DNA of 64,000 bases from Octopus bimaculoides (GCF_001194135.2 NC_068998.1:1958968-2022967), one strand, 5' to 3'; shown: positions 1-13,860, counted from the first letter of the stretch. Notes: generated by a model from the sequence alone, not told the origin. A program made the numbers and translations.

Positions 1-66
<66 letters not shown>
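1..66. repeat. (GT)n microsatellite
   Basis: Direct. Many further (CA)/(GT) tracts, e.g. 5206-5311, 7831-7857, 12941-12998, 22239-22296, 24900-24934, 25039-25082. Confidence 1.
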
Positions 67-70
<4 letters not shown>

Positions 71-112
71 GTACAGATAGATAGATAGATATATATATAT
101 ATACGAGATAAT

Positions 113-300
113 TTTTGCTTCTTTTTATGGAGACAAACGGGTTTATAGGACCGCAAAAAAAGAAGTGCACGAATGAAATTGAGACAGAGACAAAAAAAGC
201 ATTGATTAGAGAACCAACATCAAATTCGAGTCAAAAACTTTATACAACACCATGCTTCCATACATTTTATCATAACATATAAAAAGAAGACATATATAAA
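113..300 (+). repeat. Unclassified dispersed repeat, second copy at ~48590-48760
   Basis: TTTATGGAGACAAAC..GAAATTGAGACA..AAAA.CATTGATTA.AGAA..ACATCAAATT is shared between the two loci. Confidence 0.65.
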
Positions 301-2324
301 AGCAAAGACTATAAAAAATATAAATGCACATAGAAATACAAAATATTTAGAACAGGCAATAATCAACAAAAGGAACATACAATCAACTAGAAATAGTTAA
401 AAAGAATTACTCAAGAATGTCAAGCGACATTAAAAAATTAAGAAATATACATATTGACTAACAAAAGATTTTACTCCCCTCAAAAATATGTCAAAATAGT
501 TTGTTTCATAAAAACCATGGTATGTTGAAGTTCAAGGAGCGTAAGAGAATTCCACAAAATCAAATCAGTATGTTTTACTGGTTGCTTCTGTGGAATTCTC
601 CCTTCCCTTTGTTGGTGTCATGCTCCTGCACAAGCTTTTGCATTCTTTATATATATACATATATATATAAACATAGCATTACTTGGAACTCACAAAGGCA
701 AATTTAAGTAACTCACATATATATATATATGCCTTTGTGAGTTACAAGTAATGCTATCTGTTGGAGTCTCAGCTTTTTTAGCTGCTATTTCTGAACTTCG
801 GTATGTGGTGAAGCAAATGCTTGCTGATCCCTTAATTATGTTTATAAATGTATAGGAACTTTTAAATAAGTTCTCCACCGATAATGGTGTTTACATACCG
901 AAGGGCTTGGTAAAAATTATTAATTGTTGATTTATTAATAAATTAATAAATTGATAAACCTTTACCCTTTTAATTTGTAATAATATACATATATATAGAT
1001 CCCAAAACTATCATGACAAGCAGCTGTGCTGGTGCCACATGAACAGCAGCCATGCCAGTCCTACATGAACAGCAGCCATGCCAGCGCCACATGGAAAGCA
1101 TCCATGATAACTGTACAGCAGCAGTACAGCCAAGAGCAATTCATGAGCAGTTATGGGTTGGCAATATGGACCATGCTCTTGCTAATTGTTTCATATAGTC
1201 ACTTGACCCCTTCACCCTTGAACCAGTAGAATATTCAGAGTGTGAGGGCCGGAGGGCCAGAGCAGAGCATTAGCACTGGTTCAGGCTAGTATTCAATTAC
1301 AGATGAGTCGACTGGGGCAATATGAAATGAAATTTGTTGTTGAAGGTCACAATGTGCCACCAAGTATGGGAACCAAACCCACATCTATATGTTCATGAGC
1401 CAAACAGCCTAACTACTAAGGCATGTGCCAATCAGAGATGTTGTGTCAAAGACATTAAGAAATGTTAGAGCACAGCTCTCACACACACACAGAACATGCA
1501 CACACAGACACACATACATACAGAACATGCACACAGTGTGTACAAACACACTCACACAAATGAAAAGGCTAACAACTCTCACATCTGCTGACAGCTTTAC
1601 AACACGGAAAGGTGTGTGTGTGTGTGTGTGTGTGTGTGAGCACACTCACCCTTACACATTGAAAATATTACAAGAGATGGAGGGGGTGGTGTTAGAGAGA
1701 ATGATGATTTACGCAACTGAATAATGAAGAGTGTTTTATGTTTAAAGAACGATGTCAGTGGTGACATGTCAACTGTGATGTTGTGTTTTGGTTTAATGTT
1801 GACAATGGAACTGATGTGCAGCACTTCAGGTGGCATTTCTTAAACACTAAAGGGCTCAAAGACAAGCAAAGATTGCTTATGTTGGACCTATTACAAACAT
1901 TTAACCACCATCACCACCACACTTTCCCCCCATCACCACAATCAATGCAGACTTGCTGCAATAATTTTACCAGCGTCATCATTTTGTATGCATGTGTGTG
2001 TGAGTGTGTGTGTGCGTGCGCGCTTAGGCTGTCAATGATTTTATTGTCACCATTTCATCAGAAACTTCTCTCTCATCATCACCATTTAATGTCTTATCTT
2101 CCTTGCTGGCAGGGGTTGGATGTTTCAACAAGAATAGAGGAGACAGAGGGCTTTCCCAGGCTCCAGTTGCCTGCTTTGGCATGGTTTTCTACAGCTGGAT
2201 GCCCTTCCTAATGCCAACCTCTTTACAGAGTGTGGACTGGGTGCTTTTTCCAACACCAGTGAGGCTGCCAAGTACCTGCATGATAAGACACTCAGAGCAG
2301 GGTATAAACTGGAAGAATGAGAAA

Positions 2325-2355
<31 letters not shown>

Positions 2356-2407
2356 GAGCAGGTGCATTCTCATACACACACACACACACACACATTAGTC
2401 TCAGTCG

Positions 2408-3041
2408 TTTATGTTCTGATTTCAAATCCTGTCAAGGTATATTTTGCCTTTCATCCTTCTTGAGCAAAAGCTGGGTTGATGTAACTGACTTACCCCCCCC
2501 CCATCACACGAACTTGCTGGCCTTGTGTCAAAGTTTGAAATCATTATCATTACCATTACTATTATTATTATTAATATTAAGGCAGCGGGCTGGCAGAATT
2601 GTTAAGGGCTTTGAACAAAATGCTTGGTATTATTTTTTGAGCCATTAATTTCTCAGTTCCATTTCTGCCAGGGTCAACTTTGCCCTTCATACTACCAGGG
2701 TCAATAAAATAAGGCATCAGTCAACTTACCTCCTCCTCCTCTTTAAGTTGCTGGTCTTGTACCAAAATTAGAAAGACTTAATAATAATGGTAAAGCAGCA
2801 AGCTGTCAGTACCAGAACCATGACAGACAAGAGGCTTGGTGGCATGTCATCCATCTTTATGTTCTGGTTCAAATCCCACCCAAGGTCAACTTTGCCTGCC
2901 ATCCATTGGAGGATGATGAAATAAGTACCAGTAAGATACTGGGGATGGGGGGGGGGCAATGCAGTTGACTATCATGCTCTCCTAAACTTAAGGCCTTGAA
3001 CTGATTGTAGAAAGGATTCTTAGTGTTACTATGATAACAAC

Positions 3042-3079
<38 letters not shown>

Positions 3080-3090
3080 TAATAATAATA
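2408..3090 (+). mobile_element. Three head-to-tail copies of tRNA-derived SINE family B
   Basis: Repeated GGCAGAAT..GTTCAAAT..GGTCAACTTTGCC..TCATC..GGGTCAATAAAATAAGTACC..TTGCTGGCCTTGT units at about 2408-2545, 2579-2770 and 2785-3015, followed by (AAT)n. Confidence 0.75.
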
Positions 3091-4508
3091 GAAACATTAT
3101 CAAAATGAAGAGACAACAATTTCTCTACAAATATTGCATCTGGCTTTCAATTGTATTCACTGACAAATGAACATATCCATGAGAAGGATGACAAGTGGTG
3201 ANNNNNNNNNNNNNNNNNNNNNNNNNNNNNNNNNNNNNNNNNNNNNNNNNNNNNNNNNNNNNNNNNNNNNNNNNNNNNNNNNNNNNNNNNNNNNNNNNNN
3301 NNNNNNNNNNNNNNNNNNNNNNNNNNNNNNNNNNNNNNNNNNNNNNNNNNNNNNNNNNNNNNNNNNNNNNNNNNNNNNNNNNNNNNNNNNNNNNNNNNNN
3401 NNNNNNNNNNNNNNNNNNNNNNNNNNNNNNNNNNNNNNNNNNNNNNNNNNNNNNNNNNNNNNNNNNNNNNNNNNNNNNNNNNNNNNNNNNNNNNNNNNNN
3501 NNNNNNNNNNNNNNNNNNNNNNNNNNNNNNNNNNNNNNNNNNNNNNNNNNNNGGACAACGACCGAGGCAGAGGGAGGACGACGACTGAGACGGGGGAGGA
3601 TGACGACTGTGATGGGGGAGAGGATGACAACCGAGACAGGTTGAGGATGACGACCAAGGCAGGGGGGGAGGACGCTGACCGAGATGGGGAGGAGGACAAT
3701 GACCAAAGTGGGGTGGAAGGACAACGACTGAGGCAGGGGGGAGGACGACAACCGAGACGGGGAGGAGTAGGTCGACAAAGAGGAGACAACAATGAGGGGG
3801 AAAGGACAACGAAGAGGAGGAGAATGATGGCAAAGGAAGAGGAACAGGAACAGGAAGCCAGAGAAGGAGAGGAGAAAGATAATCAATATCCCGTCTCTTC
3901 AGAAAATGTTCATTAACTCCTCTGAAAGATGAAATTTATGTGAGAAATGTGTCACTCTTGATGGCAACATTTATGTGAAGACAGTTTTTTATGAGGATTG
4001 AGACTAAACAAAAAGGCATGAATTAGAAACCTGTGTGTAGGCTTTGAAAAGAAGTCATTTCATTGTTGTAGCCACATGCCCATTTCTTGACTGAGTTATT
4101 TAGGACACCATTGAGGATATTGAAATTCACCTGGAAAATTCTTTACACAAAAACAGACTCACACCACACCCTACTATCAATGGATATGAGGGAGGAGGAG
4201 GGGATATGAATTATTGATACAGAAAACAAATTTGGTGGCAGGGGGCAGTATCAGTGATAAGGTGAATGGAGGACAGATAAGTGAGGGAGAAACAAAAGGA
4301 TATGGAGAGGGGGAGGGGAAGAGAACAAAAATGATAAGATAAATGATAAGATAAATGAGGAAAAGAGAGAGAGAGAAAAAGAGAGTAAATGAAATTCAAT
4401 GATTTTCTAAAGAAAAAGTCAATTTCTATAAGTACATATCAACAATTTGGTTAAATAGCAAAGCAATAACGTCTATAGCTGAGAAGTTATTAGATATTAA
4501 GAGCTGGT

Positions 4509-4707
4509 AGATATTTGTCCTCATCTTGTTTGTTGTTAACACAATGTTTCGGCTGATTTACCCTCCAGCCTTCATCAGGTGTCTTGGGGAAATTTCGAAC
4601 CTGGGTTCTCATTCATAAGGTATTTTTCGATATTATTATTATTATTATTATTATTCAGGTCACTGCCTGGAACCGAACTCAGAATCTTGGGGTTAGTAGC
4701 CTGTGCT
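4509..4707 (-). mobile_element. tRNA-headed repeat with (AAT)n linker and hammerhead-bearing (Penelope-like/retrozyme-like) tail
   Basis: The minus strand reads a tRNA-like 3' half (GG-CTACTAA-CC loop, B-box-like AGTTCGGTTCC), (AAT)7, then GACAC-CTGATGA-A-GGCTG...CAGCC-GAAAC-ATT-GTGTT. A partial inverted copy of the tail lies at 4865-4975. Confidence 0.65.
4538..4585 (-). ncRNA. Minimal type I hammerhead ribozyme motif (probably decayed copy)
   Basis: Canonical CUGAUGA and GAAA cores, 5-bp stem II (GGCUG/CAGCC) and stem I GACAC/GUGUU. Stem III is reduced to ACAU where an ACGU palindrome would be expected. Confidence 0.6.
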
Positions 4708-5198
4708 CAGAGGAGTTAATGAACATTTTCTGAAGAGTTGGATATCAATTATCCTTCTCCTCTCCCTCTTTGTCTTCCTCTGCCTCTTCATCCTCCTCTT
4801 CCTTTGCCATTGTTCTCCTCCTCTTCGTTGCCATTCTCCTCATCGACTTCCTCCTCCCCCGTCTCGGCCGAAACATGTTAACAACAAACAAGATGAGGAT
4901 AAATATCCATCAAATGTAAATAATGTACGTAATTCCTCATCTCTTGAATACAGAACTGTACTAAGAGCTGATCTTTAAAAAAGCAGCATGACCAGCACAC
5001 CTGCACAATGTCCAATGTGTTCTCAAGACTTCCAGCACGTCCACAAGATGTCCAGATGGTTTCATCTTGAATAGCTGGGGTTGAATGAAGCAACCCAGTG
5101 CTTAGTTTTTTTGTGAACCTGGTACTTATTCTATTACCCTCTTTTGCCAAACTGCTAAGTCACAAACCAATACCAGTTGTCAAGTGGTGGTGGTGGTG

Positions 5199-5229
<31 letters not shown>

Positions 5230-5230
5230 T

Positions 5231-5316
<86 letters not shown>

Positions 5317-8300
5317 CCAAACAGTTCAATTCAAACTCATACACCATACACACAATGGACGTCTTTCGGTTTCTGTCTACGAAATCCACTCACACGGCTA
5401 TAGTAGAAGACACTTGCCCAAGGTGCCACACAGTGGGATTGAACCCAGAACCATGTAGTTGGGAAGCAAACTTCTTACTACACTACATGGTCAATACTGC
5501 AGATGATATAGTACAGCTCCATGGAACATTATGACGATTGTTATCAAGAGTGATAGGATCAATAGAGAAGAGGACAAGCAGCTAAAGAAACTGGCAGCTT
5601 GCATTACAGCATTGTATCCTTGGCCAAGATACTCAGCCATTATTTGCCACAGTGACAGTATTGCACCACTTTAACTTGCAGTACTGTGTTCAAATTCCAC
5701 TAGAAAGTTGGGAAACCTTAAAAGTTATAGTGTAGTCTTTTTACCCGGCTGTAGGTATAACTCACATCTGAAAATGGAGGTAAGCACAGGTCAACAGAGT
5801 CCCATCACACCCTGATGATAAGATGTATGGGATACAGGTAGATAAGATCCCACACCTTTAACACAATTAACACACAAGCTGTGACCTTGTAGGAACAATG
5901 AGGTGAGCAGAAAAAAAAAACACACTTCAATGAAGTGCTTTCAGATAAAAACTTTCCTTTAAAAAATTCCGGTGCCACTCGCATCACTGCTACTTGTTCC
6001 ACCGTTTTACTTCCATTTAAAGAGAGAACGGGGAGGGGGGCATTAAATACATTGAATACAAGTTTTAGGCTTTCTATAATTCTATTTGTAATTTATTGAC
6101 TTCAACACACACACACACACACACACAGGGAGGGGGTGGATGTATAGTAATTAATTAAGACACTTTCTGGCCACAGCTCCATCATTAAATTAGTATTGTA
6201 ATTAAATTACTAACTGGTTAATAATGGTGGCTTTGGTAGGAAAGTAGTCAAGACTATTAAGGTTGTTAATTGGAGACAAGTGAAGAGATTGTAGAGACAG
6301 GAAGGAGAGAAAATGGGGGAAGAAACCAAGAGAAATTGGTTGGGAGGGGGAAAAGGGTGGTATGAGGTGAAGGGGAGGGATTAAAAGACGGGGGGGGTCT
6401 GAGGAAAGGTAAAAGTAACAGAAAAGGGAGAGACTTTTGAGTGGAAGATGAGAGANNNNNNNNNNNNNNNNNNNNNNNNNNNNNNNNNNNNNNNNNNNNN
6501 NNNNNNNNNNNNNNNNNNNNNNNNNNNNNNNNNNNNNNNNNNNNNNNNNNNNNNNNNNNNNNNNNNNNNNNNNNNNNNNNNNNNNNNNNNNNNNNNNNNN
6601 NNNNNNNNNNNNNNNNNNNNNNNNNNNNNNNNNNNNNNNNNNNNNNNNNNNNNNNNNNNNNNNNNNNNNNNNNNNNNNNNNNNNNNNNNNNNNNNNNNNN
6701 NNNNNNNNNNNNNNNNNNNNNNNNNNNNNNNNNNNNNNNNNNNNNNNNNNNNNNNNNNNNNNNNNNNNNNNNNNNNNNNNNNNNNNNNNNNNNNNNNNNN
6801 NNNNNNNNNNNNNNNNNNNNNNNNNNNNNNNNNNNNNNNNNNNNNNNNNNNNNNNNNNNNNNNNNNNNNNNNNNNNNNNNNNNNNNNNNNNNNNNNNNNN
6901 NNNNNNNNNNNNNNNNNNNNNNNNNNNNNNNNNNNNNNNNNNNNNNNNNNNNNNNNNNNNNNNNNNNNNNNNNNNNNNNNNNNNNNNNNNNNNNNNNNNN
7001 NNNNNNNNNNNNNNNNNNNNNNNNNNNNNNNNNNNNNNNNNNNNNNNNNNNNNNNNNNNNNNNNNNNNNNNNNNNNNNNNNNNNNNNNNNNNNNNNNNNN
7101 NNNNNNNNNNNNNNNNNNNAGTCCCACTGCACAACACCTTGGGCAAGTGTCTTCCACTATAGCCGTGTGGGTGGATTTGGGAGAAAGAAACTGAAAGAAG
7201 CCCAACACATGTATGTGTGTGCTTTTGCACCAGTGTTTGTTCCCCCCCCTCTTGAAAATCGGTGTTGGTATGTTTACATCTCTAAGTGGTTGGCATTAGG
7301 AAGGGCATCCAGCTGTAGAAACATTGCCACAACAGACAATTGGAGTCTGGCCAGCTCCGTGTGACACCATCCAACTCATGCCAGCATGGAAAGCAGATGT
7401 TCAACGATGACAATGATGACAATGATGACAATGATGATGATGTCTTTGCATTCAGCTGAGATTTTATAACAGGTTCTCTGGTAAAGTAACCAATGCATGT
7501 TAGTGTCAACGACAATGACAACAATAAGATGAGAGAACAACAATAATGATAATGATGAGGATGGGTGGGGGAGGGGGGACGAACAATTATTAACAGCAAC
7601 AACTACCATTAAGTTTTAGTGTTAAGTCACTACAACCTTTTGTCAACAGCTGGTGATATTAAAAACAGCAGAATAAGGGGTTAGACGATAAAACTAGTGA
7701 GGATCAATAACGAGTTGAGATGGGAGGGGAAGAAGGGGAGAGAGATCAACATAATAGTCTCACAGGAAATTGTAAGTAAATTATACAAAGATAACACCTA
7801 TCAGAAGATTATAGCATTATACTAGAGAGAGTGTGTGTGTGTGTGTGTGTGTGTGTGNNNNNNNNNNNNNNNNNNNNNNNNNNNNNNNNNNNNNNNNNNN
7901 NNNNNNNNNNNNNNNNNNNNNNNNNNNNNNNNNNNNNNNNNNNNNNNNNNNNNNNNNNNNNNNNNNNNNNNNNNNNNNNNNNNNNNNNNNNNNNNNNNNN
8001 NNNNNNNNNNNNNNNNNNNNNNNNNNNNNNNNNNNNNNNNNNNNNNNNNNNNNNNNNNNNNNNNNNNNNNNNNNNNNNNNNNNNNNNNNNNNNNNNNNNN
8101 NNNNNNNNNNNNNNNNNNNNNNNNNNNNNNNNNNNNNNNNNNNNNNNNNNNNNNNNNNNNNNNNNNNNNNNNNNNNNNNNNNNNNNNNNNNCGTGTGTAT
8201 ATTCTAAACAAAAAACACTTTACAAATAATTCTTTGCAGGTAACAACACGAAAACAAGCACTAGAGTAATTAGTGCAGGTGTTGTTCAAAGAACTTGGAT

Positions 8301-8983
8301 TAACAGGTTGAGGGAAAAGAACGGCTTCAGGACAGAAACATATTTACCAACACATTGTTTTTTTTTATTGAAAGACAGGAAGCTGCAGCTGGCCAAATTC
8401 AAGTTTGAGGTGCCAGCAATATCAGGTGAAGAGTCATCAGTTCTTTCCAGAGAAAATGAACCAGTGACAATGTTGAAGACATGAACCAGAGGCCCTTTTT
8501 TTATAGCTTTCACTTCGGTCTGCATACAACCGGATCTAACAGAAGTTTGCTCTCCAACATCTCTTTCAAATCACTTTCAAAATCTCTTTCAAATCTCTTT
8601 CAAATCACACCCTACCATCTAAGAAAAGGCACATTAGACAAGGTGAGCCTGGGTCAACCACCACCACCACTATCACCTGAAAATCATGCTTCAATGAGGG
8701 CATTACACACTGGTCCCTTTCAAGAGCACCAAGGCATGATCACTATGTCCAATAAACAGTCTTGGGTCATCTTTCAGGACAACAAAATCAACCTTGATCA
8801 ATGGTTAACCCTCTTTCAAGCACAACACCCACAATAAAGTACTTCTCCATCTAGGACACTACTGCTGCTGCTATACATAGCAACATCTTAGACCAGTGTC
8901 CTTCATAGGTGATGGGGTCCATCGCCTGCCCAAAGTGGGGCTTGTGAGGATTGAAAAGGGGCTGGTGTAACTTGAGCAACACG

Positions 8984-9170
8984 TTAACCCTTTAGCATTT
9001 AAACCGGCCACATCCGGCCCAAATATCCTGTTTTACACTCAAATCAGCCAGATTGCACCTATCACACCAACCATAAAATGTCATCAAAACCTTCAAGCTA
9101 CAAAAGGTGACACAATGAGAATAACTAAGTGCTGACATTGGACAAAATAACCTGAATGCCAAAGGATTAA
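8984..9170. mobile_element. piggyBac-like MITE (TTAA-CCCTT termini)
   Basis: TTAACCCTTTAGCATT...AATGCCAAAGGATTAA. Homologous copies at 24208-24417, 31717-31944, about 41040-41250 and 61912-62105. Confidence 0.7.
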
Positions 9171-10569
9171 GAAAAGAAAGAATATGAATGCAAATTGCTT
9201 TATCTCCGTCAACAACATGTGGGGCAGGGGAAGTGGGGGTGGGGGACAAACACTAATATTTGGGAAGAGAACCACCATTTAAGAGGACATCTAAGAGGAA
9301 TCTGTACAATGGATTGTCAAACACACACCAATAAAACCTCTGGATGACAGACACCCTGGCTGCTACAAATGACCCTCACCTCCAAACATTTTCACCCGAC
9401 AAACCTTTTGTACCAACATCAATGGGACAATAATCGCTATGACACCATAACAAGAATGCAATGTGGTACGAACAGTGCCATAATACATAGAATATGGAAA
9501 GCAGTTTGTGAGCAGTGCCATAATGTGTGGAATATAGAATAGAGTCAGTGCTGACTATTATTTCCATAACAATTACCAGAGTCACCACCAAGCATAATTC
9601 AGTGTTAGAAGAACCTAAATCTTTACTTTTTTTACCTACTTTTTTTTTTTTTTTTTGGACAATTTTGCAGCCAAGGTGAAGAACACTAAATAGTTCTTAC
9701 ATTGTCTACGTAAAGAGAGGGAGAAAAAGAGAGAGAGAGACACACACACACACACACACACACTGCATTTTCTTTTTTTTAGTTTTAACAGAAGCAGAGT
9801 TCTTTATGACTATACAAACATATATACACTCACATGGTATCAGACATATAACGACATATACTTGAACATATCACAGAACACTGCACCATCAAAGACCCAC
9901 AAACACACAACCATAACATTGTGACGTGCACAAATGAATCAGAGAAATCACACAAACACACAAAACTCAGATTTTTTTCAATACAAAGTGCACACACACA
10001 CATACACACAACACACATACTTCTATAAAGAAAACACAAACACTATGGCTTCAAAATAACCTACACATATGCCATATAGAGATACACACATATATACATA
10101 GACATTGATATATATACACACAAATATATGAATACTTACTGAAACATTGAAATGCCCCATGAGACAACGTGTAATTATCGCATATTTCCTTTATGTGATA
10201 TATTTAAATATCTTGCTTGAATAAGGTCACACTGCCTTGGCTCACATGTCAACCGATTTTATATATAAATATATACAAGAGTTACGGAATGGAGTAGATA
10301 AGATCCGGGCTACATGTTTCATACCAAGTGGAGCCTTGAAAATGGTAAATAGCCAAGCAAAGTGTATACCGCAGGTAACTCTTCAGGCCAAGAATGTCTT
10401 GATTAAATGAAAGTTTGCAGTGTTGCAAAGAGGTACATATTAACCAATGTAAGATTCACCCAGCAACCCTGGTCGCCGACTGTGAAATATAAAAAGAACA
10501 GATCAACACTCAGACGGATAGGTACACAGGTTATATGAACAGACAAGCACACATACGCAAATGGAGACA

Positions 10570-10578
10570 AACACGTGA

Positions 10579-10626
<48 letters not shown>

Positions 10627-10846
10627 TACTTCACACAAGGACACATATGGAGACACGTATCTACACATATGGAGATGCACATCCATACATACAAACATGG
10701 TACATAGTTGTAAAACACACACACACGCACAAGGAAACAGAGGTGCATACATATACAAACATGCTTACACACACATACATAAAAAATACACAAACATAGA
10801 CATGCAAGCATATGAATATGCAGAATACATACATACAGATGCACAC

Positions 10847-10904
<58 letters not shown>

Positions 10905-10928
10905 ATATACATACACACACATGCATAC

Positions 10929-10963
<35 letters not shown>

Positions 10964-11060
10964 AATATACATACACACACATGCATACATACATACATAT
11001 ATGCATGCATGCATAGGCACAAACACATACACATTGACCCACACACATGCGCACAAACAA
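10570..11060. repeat. Compound (CA)/(TA)/(CATA) low-complexity tract with internal ~60-bp duplication
   Basis: ATATACACACACACACACACACAAATATACATACACACATGCATACAT occurs twice (about 10880-10990). Confidence 0.9.
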
Positions 11061-12169
11061 AAAGGAACGCAGCGTAAATAACGGACAGAGTCAAGACTAT
11101 TGGAAAGGTTGCAAGACACAACGAGAATTTTAAGAAAATAAAAAAGAAATAAGTGGAAATTTTACAAGGCACTAAAAGAGAATGACTCTTCCCCAGATAC
11201 AACAGAATATGCTTCAAAACACAAACTCACATAAAGAATCTTGCAAACCAAATCCAAAAACGAAATATAAAAATAACTTTTTTTCAGTTTATTGTAATTC
11301 GATGTGGAAACAAATCCACAACCTTCCATCCCAATAAATCACCGTTGTCCCTGAAAGTTGTTTTTTTTTATATTTACCACGGATTGCTTGAAGCTAACTT
11401 TCTTCCTAACACCTTGACCCCTGGATCTTATATATACACAGCCAGTCACACATACACACAGCCAGTCACACCCACACACATACATACATACATACATACA
11501 CACACACACAGATACAGAAATAAAAACAGATTGTTATCCAACAAACAACTAATATAATGAGTAAAAGATCAATACTTTCTTCAAGAGAAATATTGATTGA
11601 TAGGTGATCAGCCCTATTAACATCTCTTATTGGCAAGAAAGTACACTGCATACAGTGTGTACAGAGTGTTTAGTGTTCTGTTCATAATCAGAACAGAAGA
11701 CTGCCCCGCCCACTTGTGCGCACACACATACAATTCACAGCAGACGTGGATGGCCGGATGCCCTGCCTATTGCCACCTGTGTTCAAGTAAAACAATATTC
11801 CCCCTCTGGCAGTTTCCTGGAAGATCGAAAAGAAAAAGTGTAACTGTGATGGTCATTCACAACTATTGCACCATGTCGAGACAAGGAACCAGATTCGGTC
11901 CTAGAGATGTGTGTGATGTATTTGAAGGATGGCAGTTGAGCCAACAACTGCCAACTGATGCAAGTGCAAGGAGCCTATGGTTTAAAGGATTACTATAGGG
12001 TTTCAAATTTTAGCACAAGGTCAGCAACCAAGGAGGATGGCGTTAGGCATTACATTGACCTGAGTGGTCAACTGGTATGTTTATTTTATCAACTCGCAAG
12101 GGATGAAATGCAAAATCTTTGCAGTATGCGAACTCAGAATGCAAAGAGCTGGAACACAGACACACACAT

Positions 12170-12340
12170 CCAGCCACATACACACACACACACACACACA
12201 CTCATAGCCATTCACATACACACAGCCAGTCACACACACACAGCCAGCCAGCCACACACACACAGCCAGCCAGCCACACACACACAGCCAGTCACACACA
12301 CACACAGCCAGCCAGCCACACACACACAGCCAACCACACA
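12170..12340. repeat. Minisatellite (ACAC)n-AGCCAGCC
   Basis: Repeating ACACACACAGCCAGCCAGCCAC / CAGCCAGTCAC units; shorter copy at about 11435-11470. Confidence 0.9.
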
Positions 12341-12937
12341 TAAACATGCAAAATGGGCATAAGTATGGCCAAGTTAGTTAAGCCATTCATTTCACAATCA
12401 TGAGGAGTTCGGTTCAATCTAACTTCTGTGGTCACTCAAGTGTTTTTTACTGTAGCCTTGGGTCAAACAAAACCTTGCAAGTGAAATCAGAAAGATGGAA
12501 ATTGTACTGAAGCCAAGCAGTTGGAAACAGAACGGCATTTCAAAAGCCCAGCCTTGTAATAACAGTGTGGCAAGTGGATTCAATTCAAGAATTTACATCA
12601 AGGCCAGTGCCACCTGACTGGCTCCTGTGCCAGTGGCACATAAAAAGCACCATTTGAGCATGATCGATGCCAGTTCCACCTGAATGGCCCCCATGCCAAT
12701 GGTACGTAAAAAGCACCCACTACACTGCCAAATCAGACTGGAGCCTGGCACAGCCTCCTGGCTTGCCAGTCCTCAATCAAACTGTCCAACCCATGCCAGC
12801 ATGGAAAGCGGACGTTAAACGATGATGATGTGGCATGGAATATTCAACCACTTAAATTAACAAGTAATTAGTTCAAGGGGATTGAACAACTGAATACTTG
12901 CTGGTGGAAACAAGAGAAGATCCATCACAGCTGTGCA

Positions 12938-12998
<61 letters not shown>

Positions 12999-13323
12999 NN
13001 NNNNNNNNNNNNNNNNNNNNNNNNNNNNNNNNNNNNNNNNNNNNNNNNNNNNNNNNNNNNNNNNNNNNNNNNNNNNNNNNNNNNNNNNNNNNNNNNNNNN
13101 NNNNNNNNNNNNNNNNNNNNNNNNNNNNNNNNNNNNNNNNNNNNNNNNNNNNNNNNNNNNNNNNNNNNNNNNNNNNNNNNNNNNNNNNNNNNNNNNNNNN
13201 NNNNNNNNNNNNNNNNNNNNNNNNNNNNNNNNNNNNNNNNNNNNNNNNNNNNNNNNNNNNNNNNNNNNNNNNNNNNNNNNNNNNNNNNNNNNNNNNNNNN
13301 NNNNNNNNNNNNNNNNNNNNNNN

Positions 13324-13860
13324 GGGAGAGAGAGAGAGAGAGAGAAGAGAGAAGGGAGAGAGAGAGAGAGAGAGAGAGAGAAGGGAGAGAGAAAGAGAAG
13401 GGAGAGAGAGAGAGAAGGGAGAGAGAGAGAGAAGGGAGAGAGAGGTGTGGGGGGAACAAATATTATCCTTTGATGGTTTGAAACCTGTCTAAAGGGAAAG
13501 ATTCTAATTAAGACAAGAAACTAACAAGAGACGAGGTGAGATGGGAGGAGGAGGGGGGAATTTGTCGTCAACGGTTGAACAAACTGAGTGGCACTGATTG
13601 GCTTTTGGTGAGACTGTGGGGACGGGTGCAGGTGAGGGTGTGTATGTATGAAGCATGTGTACGTTTGAATGTGCGTGAGAGAGAGAGAGTGCGCGCATGA
13701 GAGAGGCAGAGATTGTGCGTGTGCGAGAGACAGAGAGACAGAGAGACGGTGCATGGGAGAGAGACACACACACAGAGAGCACGTGAGAGAGAGGGCGTGC
13801 ATGCACGTGAGAGAGAGAGAGAGAGTGTGCGTGCAAGAGAGAGAGAAAGTGCCCGCGTGA
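13324..13860. repeat. (GA)n and degenerate (GA/GT/GC) microsatellite block
   Basis: Direct; adjoins an assembly gap. Confidence 0.95.

Larger units (their letters stand above)
3752..4867. repeat. Inverted repeat pair (arms 3752-3924 and 4708-4867)
   Basis: A purine-rich arm is present in reverse complement about 780 bp away. It includes a perfect 30-bp match, CTCTTCAGAAAATGTTCATTAACTCCTCTG. Confidence 0.85.

Noticed and set aside
3125-13492. Long ORFs (130-340 aa) containing X runs
   Set aside because: They are open only because they cross N gaps.
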